This document shows, piece after piece, positions 1 to 10,773 of a DNA stretch of 64,000 nt (position 1 is the first letter of the stretch; each line of letters starts with the position of its first letter). Position numbers and translations under genes: made by a program. The notes beneath the pieces were generated by a model. The model was not told the origin of the DNA and did not search any database. It saw only the letters and a program-made list of their open reading frames with translations. Origin of the DNA: Promethearchaeota archaeon (GTDB lineage: Archaea; Asgardarchaeota; Lokiarchaeia; Sigyniarchaeales; SOKP01). Where the stretch lies: positions 19,332-83,331 of the forward strand of contig JBHLNF010000013.1 in NCBI GenBank assembly GCA_048937405.1. The letters are read 5' to 3'.

Positions 1-1395
1 GTATCTGAAGATCAAAAATGCGTTGCATGTCAGAGGTGTGCTGTTATGTGTCCTGGAAATGCAATGAGAATTATTCAAAATGAATCATTTCTACCTCCTC
101 ATGGACATTATACAAGAAAAATTCGAAATATTATTTGGGCCCAATCTGGTGATGGGGGTGTTTTATTAGCTGCTACTGGTAATGATCGACCAATCCGTTC
201 AATATTTGATGATTTACTTTTAGATGCATGTCAAGTTACCAATCCCTCTATTGATCCTTTAAGAGAAAAGATCGAGACTAAGATATTTTTTGGACGAAAA
301 CCAGAAAAATTAACTTTTGTTTTTGACCATGATGATTTAGAGGAAGTCTCTTTGAAAACCAAATTAATGCCAAATTTTGAAATTGATATGCCTATTATGG
401 TGGGTCATATGTCCTTAGGTTCCATCAGTTATAATGCATGTCAGGCAATCTATCAAGCAGCTAGGGAATTAAACATTATAGCAGGTACAGGTGAAGGAGG
501 TTTGCATCCAGATTTTTATGAATATGCCCCAAATATCATTACAGAAGTTGCTTCAGGAAGATTTGGGGTAGATTTAAATTATTTAAACAATGCAGCTGCA
601 TTAGAAATAAAAATAGGACAAGGTGCAAAACCAGGTCATGGTGGTCATTTACCAGGTGAGAAAGTTAGTAGTTTAATTTCCCAAACTCGAATGATACCTG
701 AAGGAAGTGATGCGTTATCACCATATCCTCATCATGATATTTATTCTATTGAAGATCTAGCACAACTAATTGCTGCGTTAAAAGAAGCTACACGTTATAA
801 AGTACCAGTTGGAGTGAAAATAGCAGCAGTTCATAATTCTGCTCCAATAGCCGTAGGAATAGTTAGAGGTGGAGCAGATTTTTTAACTCTTGATGGTTTT
901 CGTGGTGGAACTGGGGCTGCTCCAAGAATTATCAGGAATCATGCAGGGATTCCTATTGAATTAGCAATTGCTGCTGTGGATGAAAGATTAAGGCAAGAAA
1001 AACTAAGAGAACAAGTCACTTTAATTGCTGGTGGTTCAATTCGATATTCTGCTGATTTGATAAAGGCTATCGCTTTAGGGGCAGATATAGGGATGTGTGC
1101 TATGCCTGTATTAATAGCAATGGGCTGTAGAGTTTGTCAGCAATGCTTTAAAGGGCTGTGCTCTTGGGGTATTGCTACTCAGCAAAAATATCTAGTCAAA
1201 AGACTAGATGTTGATATTGCAAAAAATAGGATTAAAAATTTATTTCATTCTTGGAATGAAGAATTAAAGGAAGTTTTAGGAGCGATGGGTATTGATTCAG
1301 TAGAATCACTTCGTTCAAACAGAGACCGATTAAGATATATAGGTCCAAATCCGCATATTGCGGAAATTTTAGGAGTAAAACATGCTGGTGAATAA
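1..1395 (+). CDS. Glutamate synthase FMN-binding subunit (archaeal split GltB2 type) with N-terminal 4Fe-4S motif; 5' truncated by window edge
   Basis: Frame is open from position 1 (VSEDQKCVACQRCAVMCP = CxxCxxCxxxCP); GTGEGG, EIKIGQGAKPGHGGHLPG, DGFRGGTGAAP and CxxCxxC motifs. Confidence 0.92.
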   Translation, partial: VSEDQKCVACQRCAVMCPGNAMRIIQNESFLPPHGHYTRKIRNIIWAQSGDGGVLLAATGNDRPIRSIFDDLLLDACQVTNPSIDPLREKIETKIFFGRKPEKLTFVFDHDDLEEVSLKTKLMPNFEIDMPIMVGHMSLGSISYNACQAIYQAARELNIIAGTGEGGLHPDFYEYAPNIITEVASGRFGVDLNYLNNAAALEIKIGQGAKPGHGGHLPGEKVSSLISQTRMIPEGSDALSPYPHHDIYSIEDLAQLIAALKEATRYKVPVGVKIAAVHNSAPIAVGIVRGGADFLTLDGFRGGTGAAPRIIRNHAGIPIELAIAAVDERLRQEKLREQVTLIAGGSIRYSADLIKAIALGADIGMCAMPVLIAMGCRVCQQCFKGLCSWGIATQQKYLVKRLDVDIAKNRIKNLFHSWNEELKEVLGAMGIDSVESLRSNRDRLRYIGPNPHIAEILGVKHAGE

Positions 1396-2233
1396 AAATA
1401 TGATAGTTGAAAAATCAAAACCAAAAATTTATGAAATTGGAATGGATGATATGATAGAGATAGATGCTGCTCCAAATGGAAATCCAGTTGATTATAGAAA
1501 TCTTAATACGCAGATTCATGGAGCAATTAATGCGAATTTCACAAATATCATCTTGAATAATGTTTGTGGGCAGAGATTTATAGGTGCTGGACTCCAAGGA
1601 AATATTGAAATTACGATTAATGGTGTTCCAGGAAATGATTTAGGCATTTTTATGGATGGTCCAAAAATTAAAGTTAATGGTAATTGTGAGGATCAATCTG
1701 GAAATACCATGAATCAAGGAACAATGGTTATTGATGGTGACGGAGGAGATGTTATTGGCTTGTCATCTAGAGGAGGAAGAATCTATGTAAAGGGAGATGT
1801 GGGTTATAGAGTTGGTATCCATATGAAAGAATATGAAGATCAATTCCCTACTTTAATAATCGGTGGTACAGCTAAAGACTTCTTAGGTGAGTCAATGGCA
1901 GGTGGTCGAATTATTGCGCTAGGTCTTAAAATATTATCAGATGGTACTATAATTGAGAATTCACAACCAATTTGTGGTACTGAACTAGGCACGGGAATTC
2001 ACAGGGGTGCTATTTATCTTCGAACAAATGAAGATATTGAACATAAACTTGGAGTTGGAGCTAAGATTTTTGATCTTTCAGAGGAAGAACAAAAAGAAAT
2101 TAAAAATGATTTAATAGATTTCTGTGAAACATTTAATATTCCGCTTACGATTATTGATGAAAAACCATTTAAAGTCATTAGACCGATTTCGAAAAGACCT
2201 CATGGATCAAATTACTGTGGACAATTAGTTTAG
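1382..2233 (+). CDS. Glutamate synthase domain 3 (GXGXG, GltB3/FwdC-like)
   Basis: GQRFIGAG, GVPGNDLG, GNTMNQG, GDVGYRVGIHMK repeats; overlaps the upstream GltB2 gene. Confidence 0.9.
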   Translation: MLVNKNMIVEKSKPKIYEIGMDDMIEIDAAPNGNPVDYRNLNTQIHGAINANFTNIILNNVCGQRFIGAGLQGNIEITINGVPGNDLGIFMDGPKIKVNGNCEDQSGNTMNQGTMVIDGDGGDVIGLSSRGGRIYVKGDVGYRVGIHMKEYEDQFPTLIIGGTAKDFLGESMAGGRIIALGLKILSDGTIIENSQPICGTELGTGIHRGAIYLRTNEDIEHKLGVGAKIFDLSEEEQKEIKNDLIDFCETFNIPLTIIDEKPFKVIRPISKRPHGSNYCGQLV

Positions 2234-2293
2234 ACTCATTTATAGAGTAGTATAAATTCATAATTTTACTATATTAATTATTATGATTCAAAT

Positions 2294-2475
2294 TTGAACT
2301 ACCACTCCTTAAAGGGTGTGGATTCGTACTCCCTAATACATAATTAGACAATACTGGATGGTTCTCCACCCTATGTTATTAAAAATAATAATGATATATA
2401 TACTGCAAGAGAGTGCTAGTTTAGAAAAAAATATGCGATTCATTCACTCCCTAAAGGAAGTGACCTTCTCGAATG
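2294..2475. mobile_element. Non-autonomous IS200/IS605-like remnant (MITE/PATE): two subterminal hairpins and no ORF
   Basis: GC-rich hairpins CCACTCCT-TAAA-GGGTGTGG (2302-2321) and TCACTCCC-TAAA-GGAAGTGA (2444-2463) in the same orientation, with flanks TTGAACTA and GCGATTCAT...CTTCTCG resembling IS200/IS605-family ends. Confidence 0.6.
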
Positions 2476-2801
2476 TAAATGGGTAAAAAGATGAAAAGAA
2501 TGACTCTAGTGGTAATTTTATTCTCTATTTTTTATAACTATAAAATTTGTTCAATAAAAAACATTAAGTATTAATAATAGCTTTTATTATAGAAAACATT
2601 TTTCATCAAATGGCAATTAATCTTTTATAATGTTCATATTTTCTTTAATTTATGTTAAGGAAATTATTGAAAAACTAATAATTATTACATAGTTGTTTAT
2701 TTTTTCACCTTAAACTTTATTAATGACAGCTCCTAATATAACTCAATATAACTAAATATAATGGGATTATATTCCCAACAATAAAATGAATTTTTAAAAA
2801 A

Positions 2802-4448
2802 ATGACAAAATTTTCAATGGTTACTCATAAATCAAGTATGATTGGAACCCGAACAAGGGTCGAAGATTCATGTGAGAGTGGATTATGTCCGATCTGTATA
2901 GCAGATTGTCCTGTTTTTTGTGAAGTCTCAAAATCAGCTCTAAGAGGACGAGAAGTACTATATCCTCAAAGAGAATATTTTGGAGATTCTACAGCAGGTT
3001 CACCAAAAGATTTTGGGCTTTCATTCGGTGATTTTCAAATTCAGTTTGAAGTTCGAGGTGCTCAAGGTATTGAACCTGATGAAGATAAGGTAGTCTTTCC
3101 CAATGTTGATTTAACATGTAAATGGGGTAATATTACACAAAAATTACCTATTGTTATAGCCGGATTAGGAAGTACTTATGTAGCAAAAAGAAATTGGGAT
3201 GGATTAGCAATGGGAGCAGCATTATCAGGAATAAGTCTCACAATCGGAGAAAATGTTGTAGGTATGGACCCAGAAGCTAAATTCGCCAATCACATGGCAT
3301 ATCCACAAGTTATAGATACTCAAGATATGAAATGTAGAATTAATACATATCGAGAATTATGGGACGGTAAGCATGGTGATATCATTGTTCAAAAAAACGT
3401 TGAGGATACAAGATTAGGAGTTTTTGATTATGTAACCTCCAAATTAGATGTAAATTCACTTGAAATTAAATTCGGTCAAGGTGCTAAAGCAATAGGTGGT
3501 GAAGTAAGATTAGAATCTTTAGAAAGAGCACAATTATTACAGAGTAGAGGATATTTAGTCTTTCCTGACCCATCTGATCCTAAAATTATTGACCAATGGA
3601 AGGAAGGTTTGATTCCAGACTTTGAAAGACATAGTAGAGTAGGGTTATCAACTACAGAGGAAGTACTAGAAGAAATCGATAAATTACGTTCAACGGGGGT
3701 TAAAAATATCTTTATAAAAACTGGTGCTTATAGACCATCAGCTACAGCTTGGATCATACGTTTAGGTATTGAAGGGAAAGTAGATGGAATGACTTTTGAT
3801 GGAGCTGGGGGAGGTACTGGTATGAGTCCCGTAAGTATGATGAACGAAGGCTCAATTCCTACTACCTATTTAGAAGCTTTAGTAGTGGGATGCTTAGATC
3901 TTATTAAAGAAAAAAATCCTAACGTTTCTATTCCAACCATAGCAATGGCAGGTGGATTTGCTAATGAAACTCAAATGTTTAAAGCTATGGCAATGGGTGC
4001 CCCATTTGTTAAATGTATTGCTATGGCAAGAGCTCCTATAACTGCAGCAATGAAAGGGAAATACGTTGGTGATATAATTGAAAAAAATCTAGCTTCACCA
4101 GCAATGCTTAAAACTTTAGGGATTCTAGAAAAGAAAAAGCATGAGAGATTAAGATTAAATGAAGCTTTTGTTGAGTATGATAATTTGAAAAGAGCATACC
4201 CCGAAAAAGATATTCCTCCTTCAGCAGTTGGAGTATACACGTATTTCGAGAGTAAATTAGGTACTGGTTTAAAACAACTAATTGCAGGTACAAGAAAATT
4301 TAATTTGGATCTAATTGATCGTCATGACATTGCATATTTATCTCAAAGAGCAAAAGACGTGTGTGAAAAGTGGAATCTAGGAATAGAGTCTCAAGAATCA
4401 CTCGAATTTGAGTTAGTTAAAAAAGAAATCTTCTCTGGAAATTATTAA
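2802..4448 (+). CDS. FMN-binding glutamate synthase family protein (archaeal)
   Basis: SGLCPICIADCPVFCEV Cys cluster, EIKFGQGAKAIGGE, DGAGGGTGMSP, AGGF. Confidence 0.88.
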   Translation: MTKFSMVTHKSSMIGTRTRVEDSCESGLCPICIADCPVFCEVSKSALRGREVLYPQREYFGDSTAGSPKDFGLSFGDFQIQFEVRGAQGIEPDEDKVVFPNVDLTCKWGNITQKLPIVIAGLGSTYVAKRNWDGLAMGAALSGISLTIGENVVGMDPEAKFANHMAYPQVIDTQDMKCRINTYRELWDGKHGDIIVQKNVEDTRLGVFDYVTSKLDVNSLEIKFGQGAKAIGGEVRLESLERAQLLQSRGYLVFPDPSDPKIIDQWKEGLIPDFERHSRVGLSTTEEVLEEIDKLRSTGVKNIFIKTGAYRPSATAWIIRLGIEGKVDGMTFDGAGGGTGMSPVSMMNEGSIPTTYLEALVVGCLDLIKEKNPNVSIPTIAMAGGFANETQMFKAMAMGAPFVKCIAMARAPITAAMKGKYVGDIIEKNLASPAMLKTLGILEKKKHERLRLNEAFVEYDNLKRAYPEKDIPPSAVGVYTYFESKLGTGLKQLIAGTRKFNLDLIDRHDIAYLSQRAKDVCEKWNLGIESQESLEFELVKKEIFSGNY

Positions 4449-4528
4449 TATTATTTTTTTTTATCTTCCTTTTTATTTTAAATAATTAATAAAAATTAGT
4501 TATTTTTAGTGGAAATATTTACTTTTGG

Positions 4529-6328
4529 TTATTCAACTAATTTTTCTAGTTGGTTAACAAAATCTTCATATTGTTTAATGCCAAGTTCCCAAAACTCTGG
4601 TTTGGATAGATCTAAACCCACAATTTTAGCTAATTCTTTAGGTGAAACGCTACCTCCACAGGCAAGAAGTTTTTTAAATTTTGGAGCAAATTCTTTACCT
4701 TCTTTTTTATAGATTTGATAGAGAGCGTAAACAAAAAGTTGAGCATAAACATATGGATAATTATAAAACCTAAAACCGACACGGAAATAATGGGGTTTCA
4801 TTGTCCATTCCCATATTAATTCATCTTGAAAATCAATTGAATCTCCATAGATTTTGTCTCTCCCGGCAACCCAATATTTAGAAATAGTTGGTCCATCTAG
4901 GTATTCATTATTTTTTAGTGCATTGTACAAATTCCATTCAAACCAATATCGAGCACTTACTTGAAATGCTGCCATTCCAGCATCATCTAATACGTGAGCT
5001 AAAATTGCTTTTTTAAGATTATCAGAATTAGCAGTTTTTAATAAATAATCTGTCATTAATAATTCACCAAAAATTGACGCACATTCTGCGGTTGTATATC
5101 CTGGATGCAAATTTAAATAAGTTTGCTCTTTAGCAGCTAGATAATCATGAATTGCATGACCAAGTTCATGTGTCACAGTATAAATGTTACCCAACTGACC
5201 ATTAAAGTTTGTTAATATGAAAGCAGATTTTCCTTTAAACCATGAAGCACAATAAGCACCATTTCTCTTTCCCATCCTTATACTAGCATCGATATGCCGC
5301 TTATCATACATATCTACGGCAATCTTTGCGAAATCTTCATGAAATTCACCATACGCTTCTAAAATTAACTTTTTTGCTTCATCCCATATATATTTTTTAT
5401 CCTGTATTTCAAGGAGTGGACCAAGAACATCAGAGTAATTTAATTTAGGTAAATTTAAAAGTTTAGCTTTAAGTTTTAAATATCTTTGATAGACACCCGC
5501 ATTTTTTTCAACTGTATTCATCAGATTATCGATAATATCTTGGTCTGTATCATTAACTATTAAACTATGATGTATCGCATTATTATATTTTCTTCTTTCT
5601 ACTGTTTTCATCCAATCTCCACAAATATTTCGTAATGCTGTAGAAAAAATATATTCATCTTTTCCTAAAGTACTATAAATGGATTTATCAGCGGAAAGTC
5701 GTGTAGATCTGTCGGGATGTCGTAGTAAGGCATTTGCTTCACCATATGATAAAACTTTTTCTTCACCTTTAACCATTACATGAAATTGTCTTGTATTGAG
5801 CCATTTTCCTTGCAATTGACTCCATTGATCTACTCCATATTGATCTTTCTCAAGGATTAATTGCTCTTCTATCTCAGATAATAAATGTGGATGGCCTCGT
5901 ATAATTTTTTCTAAATAATGTTTATAATTCTTTAATATTGGATCATTGATTAATTCTTGATTCTCAAATATAAATTTACTTACTTCTAATTCTAAAAATG
6001 TTAGTTTTTTTTCCAATTCTGTACCAAATTCAATAGTCTTATTCTTTAAAGCTTCATGTTTACTTATTTGCATATCAGCATCATATAAGAGGTGAGCAAA
6101 TGTAAACAACTCATCTAAATTAGCTTGAAAATCTTCTTGTTTTTGCAATAAATTATGCAGATCTTTTGCTTTAAAATTGGGAGCTTGTATTTTACCTTTA
6201 TAATCTTTTATAAATTGATCAACATGATTCCTTGAATCCTCCATTAATTTATCTATTTTTGGATCATCTGGACCACTGAATAATTTACTTAGATCCCACG
6301 CAATTTCTTCTTTTGCCATTTTTATCAT
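4529..6328 (-). CDS. pepF: Oligoendopeptidase F (peptidase M3B)
   Basis: WDLSKLF N-terminus, GKRNGAYC, HELGH zinc motif, AECAS, FYNYPY. Confidence 0.92.
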   Translation of the reverse strand: MIKMAKEEIAWDLSKLFSGPDDPKIDKLMEDSRNHVDQFIKDYKGKIQAPNFKAKDLHNLLQKQEDFQANLDELFTFAHLLYDADMQISKHEALKNKTIEFGTELEKKLTFLELEVSKFIFENQELINDPILKNYKHYLEKIIRGHPHLLSEIEEQLILEKDQYGVDQWSQLQGKWLNTRQFHVMVKGEEKVLSYGEANALLRHPDRSTRLSADKSIYSTLGKDEYIFSTALRNICGDWMKTVERRKYNNAIHHSLIVNDTDQDIIDNLMNTVEKNAGVYQRYLKLKAKLLNLPKLNYSDVLGPLLEIQDKKYIWDEAKKLILEAYGEFHEDFAKIAVDMYDKRHIDASIRMGKRNGAYCASWFKGKSAFILTNFNGQLGNIYTVTHELGHAIHDYLAAKEQTYLNLHPGYTTAECASIFGELLMTDYLLKTANSDNLKKAILAHVLDDAGMAAFQVSARYWFEWNLYNALKNNEYLDGPTISKYWVAGRDKIYGDSIDFQDELIWEWTMKPHYFRVGFRFYNYPYVYAQLFVYALYQIYKKEGKEFAPKFKKLLACGGSVSPKELAKIVGLDLSKPEFWELGIKQYEDFVNQLEKLVE

Positions 6329-6423
6329 TTTGTAAAAAATCAGTATTTATGGAATTAAATTAAAATTCCAATTAAAATCTAATATATTGAAAAATTAAAG
6401 TATAGTTTTATTTAAAATAAGGT

Positions 6424-7983
6424 TTATTCATATTCTATTGTACTAGGGGGCTTATTCGAGATATCATAAACCACACGATTAATTCCTTTAACTTCATTTA
6501 TTATTCTAGTACTAATCTTTTCTAATAAATCCCAATCTAATTTAGAGAAACTAGCCGTCATAACGTCTTCAGATTCAACGACCCTAATTGCGCATATATA
6601 CTCATAGGTCCTAAAATCTCCCATTACTCCAACGGTCTTCAATGGTAAAAATACACAAAAAGCTTGCCATAGATTCTCATAAATTCCGGCATTTTTAATT
6701 TCCTCAATTAAAATCTCGTCAGCTTCTCTCAATATCTCAAGTTTTTCCTTGTTGACTGGACCAATAATTCTTACGGCTAATCCAGGACCAGGGAATGGAT
6801 GTCTTGTAATAATTTCTTTTGGGACACCTAACTTCAGTCCAATTCTTCTTACCTCATCTTTATATAAATCTTTCAATGGTTCGAGAATTTCTAGCATCAT
6901 ATTATCGGGTAAAGTTAAATTATGGTGAGACTTTATTTTTGCTGATACTTTGCTTGTAGCACTTGTTTCTACCCGATCAGGATAGATAGTGCCTTGGGCT
7001 AAAAATTTTATATCTGGATTTACTTTTTCAAGTTCAATTGTTTTATTTTCAAATATTTCTATAAATGTATGACCAATAATTCGTCGCTTTTCTTCTGGAT
7101 CATCAATATTCTTAAGTTTCTCTAAAAATATATTTTCAGCATCAACATAATGAAAGTTTTTAAGTTGCAATTTATTTTTGAATGTTTCTTGAACTTCTAT
7201 TTCCTCATTCTTTCTTAATAATCCATTATTTACAAATATACAATGTAATCTATTGCCTATGGCCTTATTTAATAAAAAAGCGACTACTGAAGAATCTACA
7301 CCACCACTTAGACCTAAAATAACCTTTTTCTCCAAACCTACAACTTTTCTAATTTGATTAATTGAATTATCTATCCATCCCTCTAATTTCCATTCTTTTT
7401 TACATTGTGCAATTTTAAAAATAAAATTTTCGAGAATTATATTCCCCTTTGGAGTGTTAGTAACTTCTGGATGAAACTGAACTCCAAATAACTTTTTCTC
7501 TGGATTCCCATAAGCAGCAATAGGACAGTTTTCAGTTTTACCATATATTTCAAATCCTTCCGCTAATTCGGTAATTTGATCCCCATGTGACATCCAAACA
7601 ATTTCTTCGTTCTCTAGTGAATCAAATATTAGATTTGACTTTAAAATCGTAATTTGAGTTTTCCCATATTCTTTTTTTGTCTTCAGTTCTATATTTCCCC
7701 CATAAAATTGCATAATTAAATGATGACCATAACAAATCCCTAGAACGGGTATTTTTTCGTTACTTGAAAATTGAAAGAATTCTTCAGATAATTGAGGACC
7801 GTCTTGTTCATAGACACTACCAGGACCACCTGATAGAATTATTCCTTTAGGGTTGAATTCCTGAAGTTTTTTTAGATCTACATCATAAGGAAGAATTTCC
7901 GCATAAACTCCCAGATCTCTAATACGCCTTGTTATCAGATGCGCATATTGACCTCCAAAATCTAAAACAATTATAGTATCCAT
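6424..7983 (-). CDS. guaA: GMP synthase (fused GATase + ATPPase)
   Basis: LDFGGQY, GICYG, QFHPE, SGGVDS, IKSHHN, RHPFPGPGLAVR, KPPSTIEYE. Confidence 0.97.
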   Translation of the reverse strand: MDTIIVLDFGGQYAHLITRRIRDLGVYAEILPYDVDLKKLQEFNPKGIILSGGPGSVYEQDGPQLSEEFFQFSSNEKIPVLGICYGHHLIMQFYGGNIELKTKKEYGKTQITILKSNLIFDSLENEEIVWMSHGDQITELAEGFEIYGKTENCPIAAYGNPEKKLFGVQFHPEVTNTPKGNIILENFIFKIAQCKKEWKLEGWIDNSINQIRKVVGLEKKVILGLSGGVDSSVVAFLLNKAIGNRLHCIFVNNGLLRKNEEIEVQETFKNKLQLKNFHYVDAENIFLEKLKNIDDPEEKRRIIGHTFIEIFENKTIELEKVNPDIKFLAQGTIYPDRVETSATSKVSAKIKSHHNLTLPDNMMLEILEPLKDLYKDEVRRIGLKLGVPKEIITRHPFPGPGLAVRIIGPVNKEKLEILREADEILIEEIKNAGIYENLWQAFCVFLPLKTVGVMGDFRTYEYICAIRVVESEDVMTASFSKLDWDLLEKISTRIINEVKGINRVVYDISNKPPSTIEYE

Positions 7984-8310
7984 ATTTTATTATTTTACAA
8001 CTTGATTTGTAAATACACTTAATTTATATTTTATATATTGAAAATAATTTAATCTTAATATAAAGAAACCTTGTTGGAAAATTAACTTTATCAATTAACC
8101 ATTTACTTTTTTTGTCTTGAAAATCTTTATTAAATACATATAGGACACAACATTATTATATAAAAATGATTGTAGTGAATTTCTTTTCTGAATTTGAACG
8201 AAATATGGGTTTGATAACTTAGTCTTTAACAGATGAAATACAAATTTTTTGATTATAATCCAAATGTCAATCAGGAAATAAGTTAATATGAATATTTAAG
8301 ATGATCCAGT

Positions 8311-9180
8311 ATGCCTTATAAAATTTTAAAAAAAAATCAACTTGGAAATAGTGGTATATTATTTGAAATGGATATTTATGCTCCCTTAATAGCAAAAAAA
8401 GCATTTGCAGGTAATTTTATTTTAATTAGAATAAATGAGGAGGGTGAAAGAATTCCCCTTACAATTGCAGATTATGATAGAGAGCAAGGAACAATAACTG
8501 TTGTAGTTCAAATAGTTGGAAAAACAACCTTATTACTCTCTCATCAAAAATTGGGAGATGAGATTTTAGATGTGGTTGGACCATTAGGTAATAGAATTCA
8601 TATAGAGAAATTTGAATACCCAATCGTAATAATTGGAGGAGGAGTAGGGATTGCTCCCTGCTATCCTCAGGCAAAAGAATTAAAGCAAGTAGGCAATAAA
8701 ATTATTTCTATTCTAGGTGCTCGTACAAAAGATCTTATCTTTTGGAGAGAGAAGATGGCTAGTGTGAGTGAAAAATCAATTATTTGTACCAATGATGGAA
8801 GTGAAGGTATTGAGGGTTTTGTAACTAAACCACTTCGAGAATTGATTAAAAAAGAAAAAATAAGTTTAGTTATAACAATCGGACCTATGATAATGATGAA
8901 AAACGTTGCAGAATTAACAAGTGGTAAAGAAGACTTACCAAAGATAAAAACATTTGTATCTTTGAACACGATTATGATAGATGGTACTGGAATGTGTGGA
9001 GGATGTCGTTTTCCTTCAAATGACGGTGAAACTCATTTTGCCTGTGTAGAAGGTCCCGATGTTGATGGACATATTGTAGATTTTAATACATTATTAAATA
9101 GAGAAAAAAGATTTGGTGAGTTAGAACAACAATCGTTTAATCTTTACAAAAAAAAATGCAAAAAATTTGATATTCAATAA
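8311..9180 (+). CDS. sudB: NfnA/SudB ferredoxin:NADP+ oxidoreductase small subunit
   Basis: ERIPLTIAD, GPLG, GGGVG, DGTGMCGGCR, CVEGP. Confidence 0.9.
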   Translation: MPYKILKKNQLGNSGILFEMDIYAPLIAKKAFAGNFILIRINEEGERIPLTIADYDREQGTITVVVQIVGKTTLLLSHQKLGDEILDVVGPLGNRIHIEKFEYPIVIIGGGVGIAPCYPQAKELKQVGNKIISILGARTKDLIFWREKMASVSEKSIICTNDGSEGIEGFVTKPLRELIKKEKISLVITIGPMIMMKNVAELTSGKEDLPKIKTFVSLNTIMIDGTGMCGGCRFPSNDGETHFACVEGPDVDGHIVDFNTLLNREKRFGELEQQSFNLYKKKCKKFDIQ

Positions 9181-10584
9181 ATGGGGGATTACATGGTTAA
9201 AATACCAAGACAAAAAATGAGAGAACAAGACCCTTCAGAAAGAACACATAACTTTTATGAAGTTGCTTTAGGTTTTACTAAAGAGATGGCTGAAATAGAG
9301 GCCCAAAGATGTCTACAATGTGGTGACCCAAAATGTGTAAATGGATGTCCTGTCAATATTGATATCCCTAACTTTATTCGATTAATTAAGGAAGATAATT
9401 TATTGGAAGCTATTCGTAATATTAAAGAATATAATATTTTACCTGCAATATGTGGAAGAGTATGCCCCCAAGAAGTTCAATGTGAAGAAGCATGTATTCT
9501 AAGTAAAAGATGGGAACCTGTAGCAATTGGAGCACTTGAAAGATATGTTGCAGATTGGGAAAGAAAAAATCAACTGAAAGAGTGTCCTGATTGTGAAGCT
9601 CCTAATAACATAAAAGTTGCGGTCATCGGATCAGGACCTGCTGGTCTCACTTGCGCCGCTGATCTTGCTCGATTTGGATTTGATGTTACAATTTTTGAGG
9701 CATTTCATAAAGGTGGAGGCGTTTTAGTTTATGGAATCCCTGAATTTAGACTTCCTAAAGAAATTGTTAATGATGAAATTGAGACTCTAAAAATGTTAGG
9801 GGTTAAGATTAAGTACAATATGATAATAGGGAAAATATTAAATATAGATGATTTAAAGGAGATGGGCTTCAAAGCATTTTTTATAGGTGTTGGGGCAGGA
9901 TTACCATCAATGAGAAAAATTCCTGGAATGAATCTAAATGGAGTTCTAACTGCGAATGAATTTCTAACAAGAACTAATTTAATGAAAGCATATAAATTTC
10001 CAGAATACGATACGCCTATCAAAATAGGTAAAATAATTGCAGTCATTGGCGGAGGAAATGTAGCCTTAGATTCTGCTCGTGTTGCATTACGACTTGGTGC
10101 TGAAAAAGTTATTATAGTATATAGACGAACTGAAGCGGAAATGCCGGCAAGAAAAGAAGAGTACCACCACGCGGTAGAAGAAGGAATTGAATTTCAGTTT
10201 TTAGCAAATCCTATAAAATTTCTTGGAGATGATGAAGGAAATGTCAATAGGATGGAAGTTCTTAAAATGAAATTGGGAGAACCTGATGCTTCTGGAAGAC
10301 CAAGACCAATTCCAATTGAAAATTCAGAATATATTATTAATTGTGATACCATCATTATAGCAATTGGTACTAATGCTAACCCTGTTTTAACAAAATCAAT
10401 CCCAGACTTAAAATTAACTAAATGGGGTTATATAGAAACAGATGAAAATGGACATACAAATTTAGAAGGAATTTTTGCAGGTGGAGATATTGTAACTGGT
10501 TCAGCAACAGTAATCAGCGCGATGGGTGCAGGACGTAAAGCCGCAAAAACAATTAATCAATATTTAAAATCAAAATATTCATAA
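9181..10584 (+). CDS. sudA: NfnB/SudA (GltD-like) large subunit
   Basis: RCLQC..CVNGCP, CGRVCPQE.QCE, GSGPAG, GGGNVA, GGDIVTGSATVISAMGAG; abuts sudB. Confidence 0.9.
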   Translation: MGDYMVKIPRQKMREQDPSERTHNFYEVALGFTKEMAEIEAQRCLQCGDPKCVNGCPVNIDIPNFIRLIKEDNLLEAIRNIKEYNILPAICGRVCPQEVQCEEACILSKRWEPVAIGALERYVADWERKNQLKECPDCEAPNNIKVAVIGSGPAGLTCAADLARFGFDVTIFEAFHKGGGVLVYGIPEFRLPKEIVNDEIETLKMLGVKIKYNMIIGKILNIDDLKEMGFKAFFIGVGAGLPSMRKIPGMNLNGVLTANEFLTRTNLMKAYKFPEYDTPIKIGKIIAVIGGGNVALDSARVALRLGAEKVIIVYRRTEAEMPARKEEYHHAVEEGIEFQFLANPIKFLGDDEGNVNRMEVLKMKLGEPDASGRPRPIPIENSEYIINCDTIIIAIGTNANPVLTKSIPDLKLTKWGYIETDENGHTNLEGIFAGGDIVTGSATVISAMGAGRKAAKTINQYLKSKYS

Positions 10585-10773
10585 ATTTATTAACAACTAT
10601 TTAAGAATAAAAAGACTCCCATTCAAATCCCTCAACAAACTTTTATTCGATTATTTTATTAATTTATTAATTATTATAAAAATTCTTCAGAAAAATTATA
10701 TCACTCATAGTTTTATTTGAAAAAAATTCATTTTATTAAAGATTAATAAATAATTTAAAGGTGGAAAATAAGA

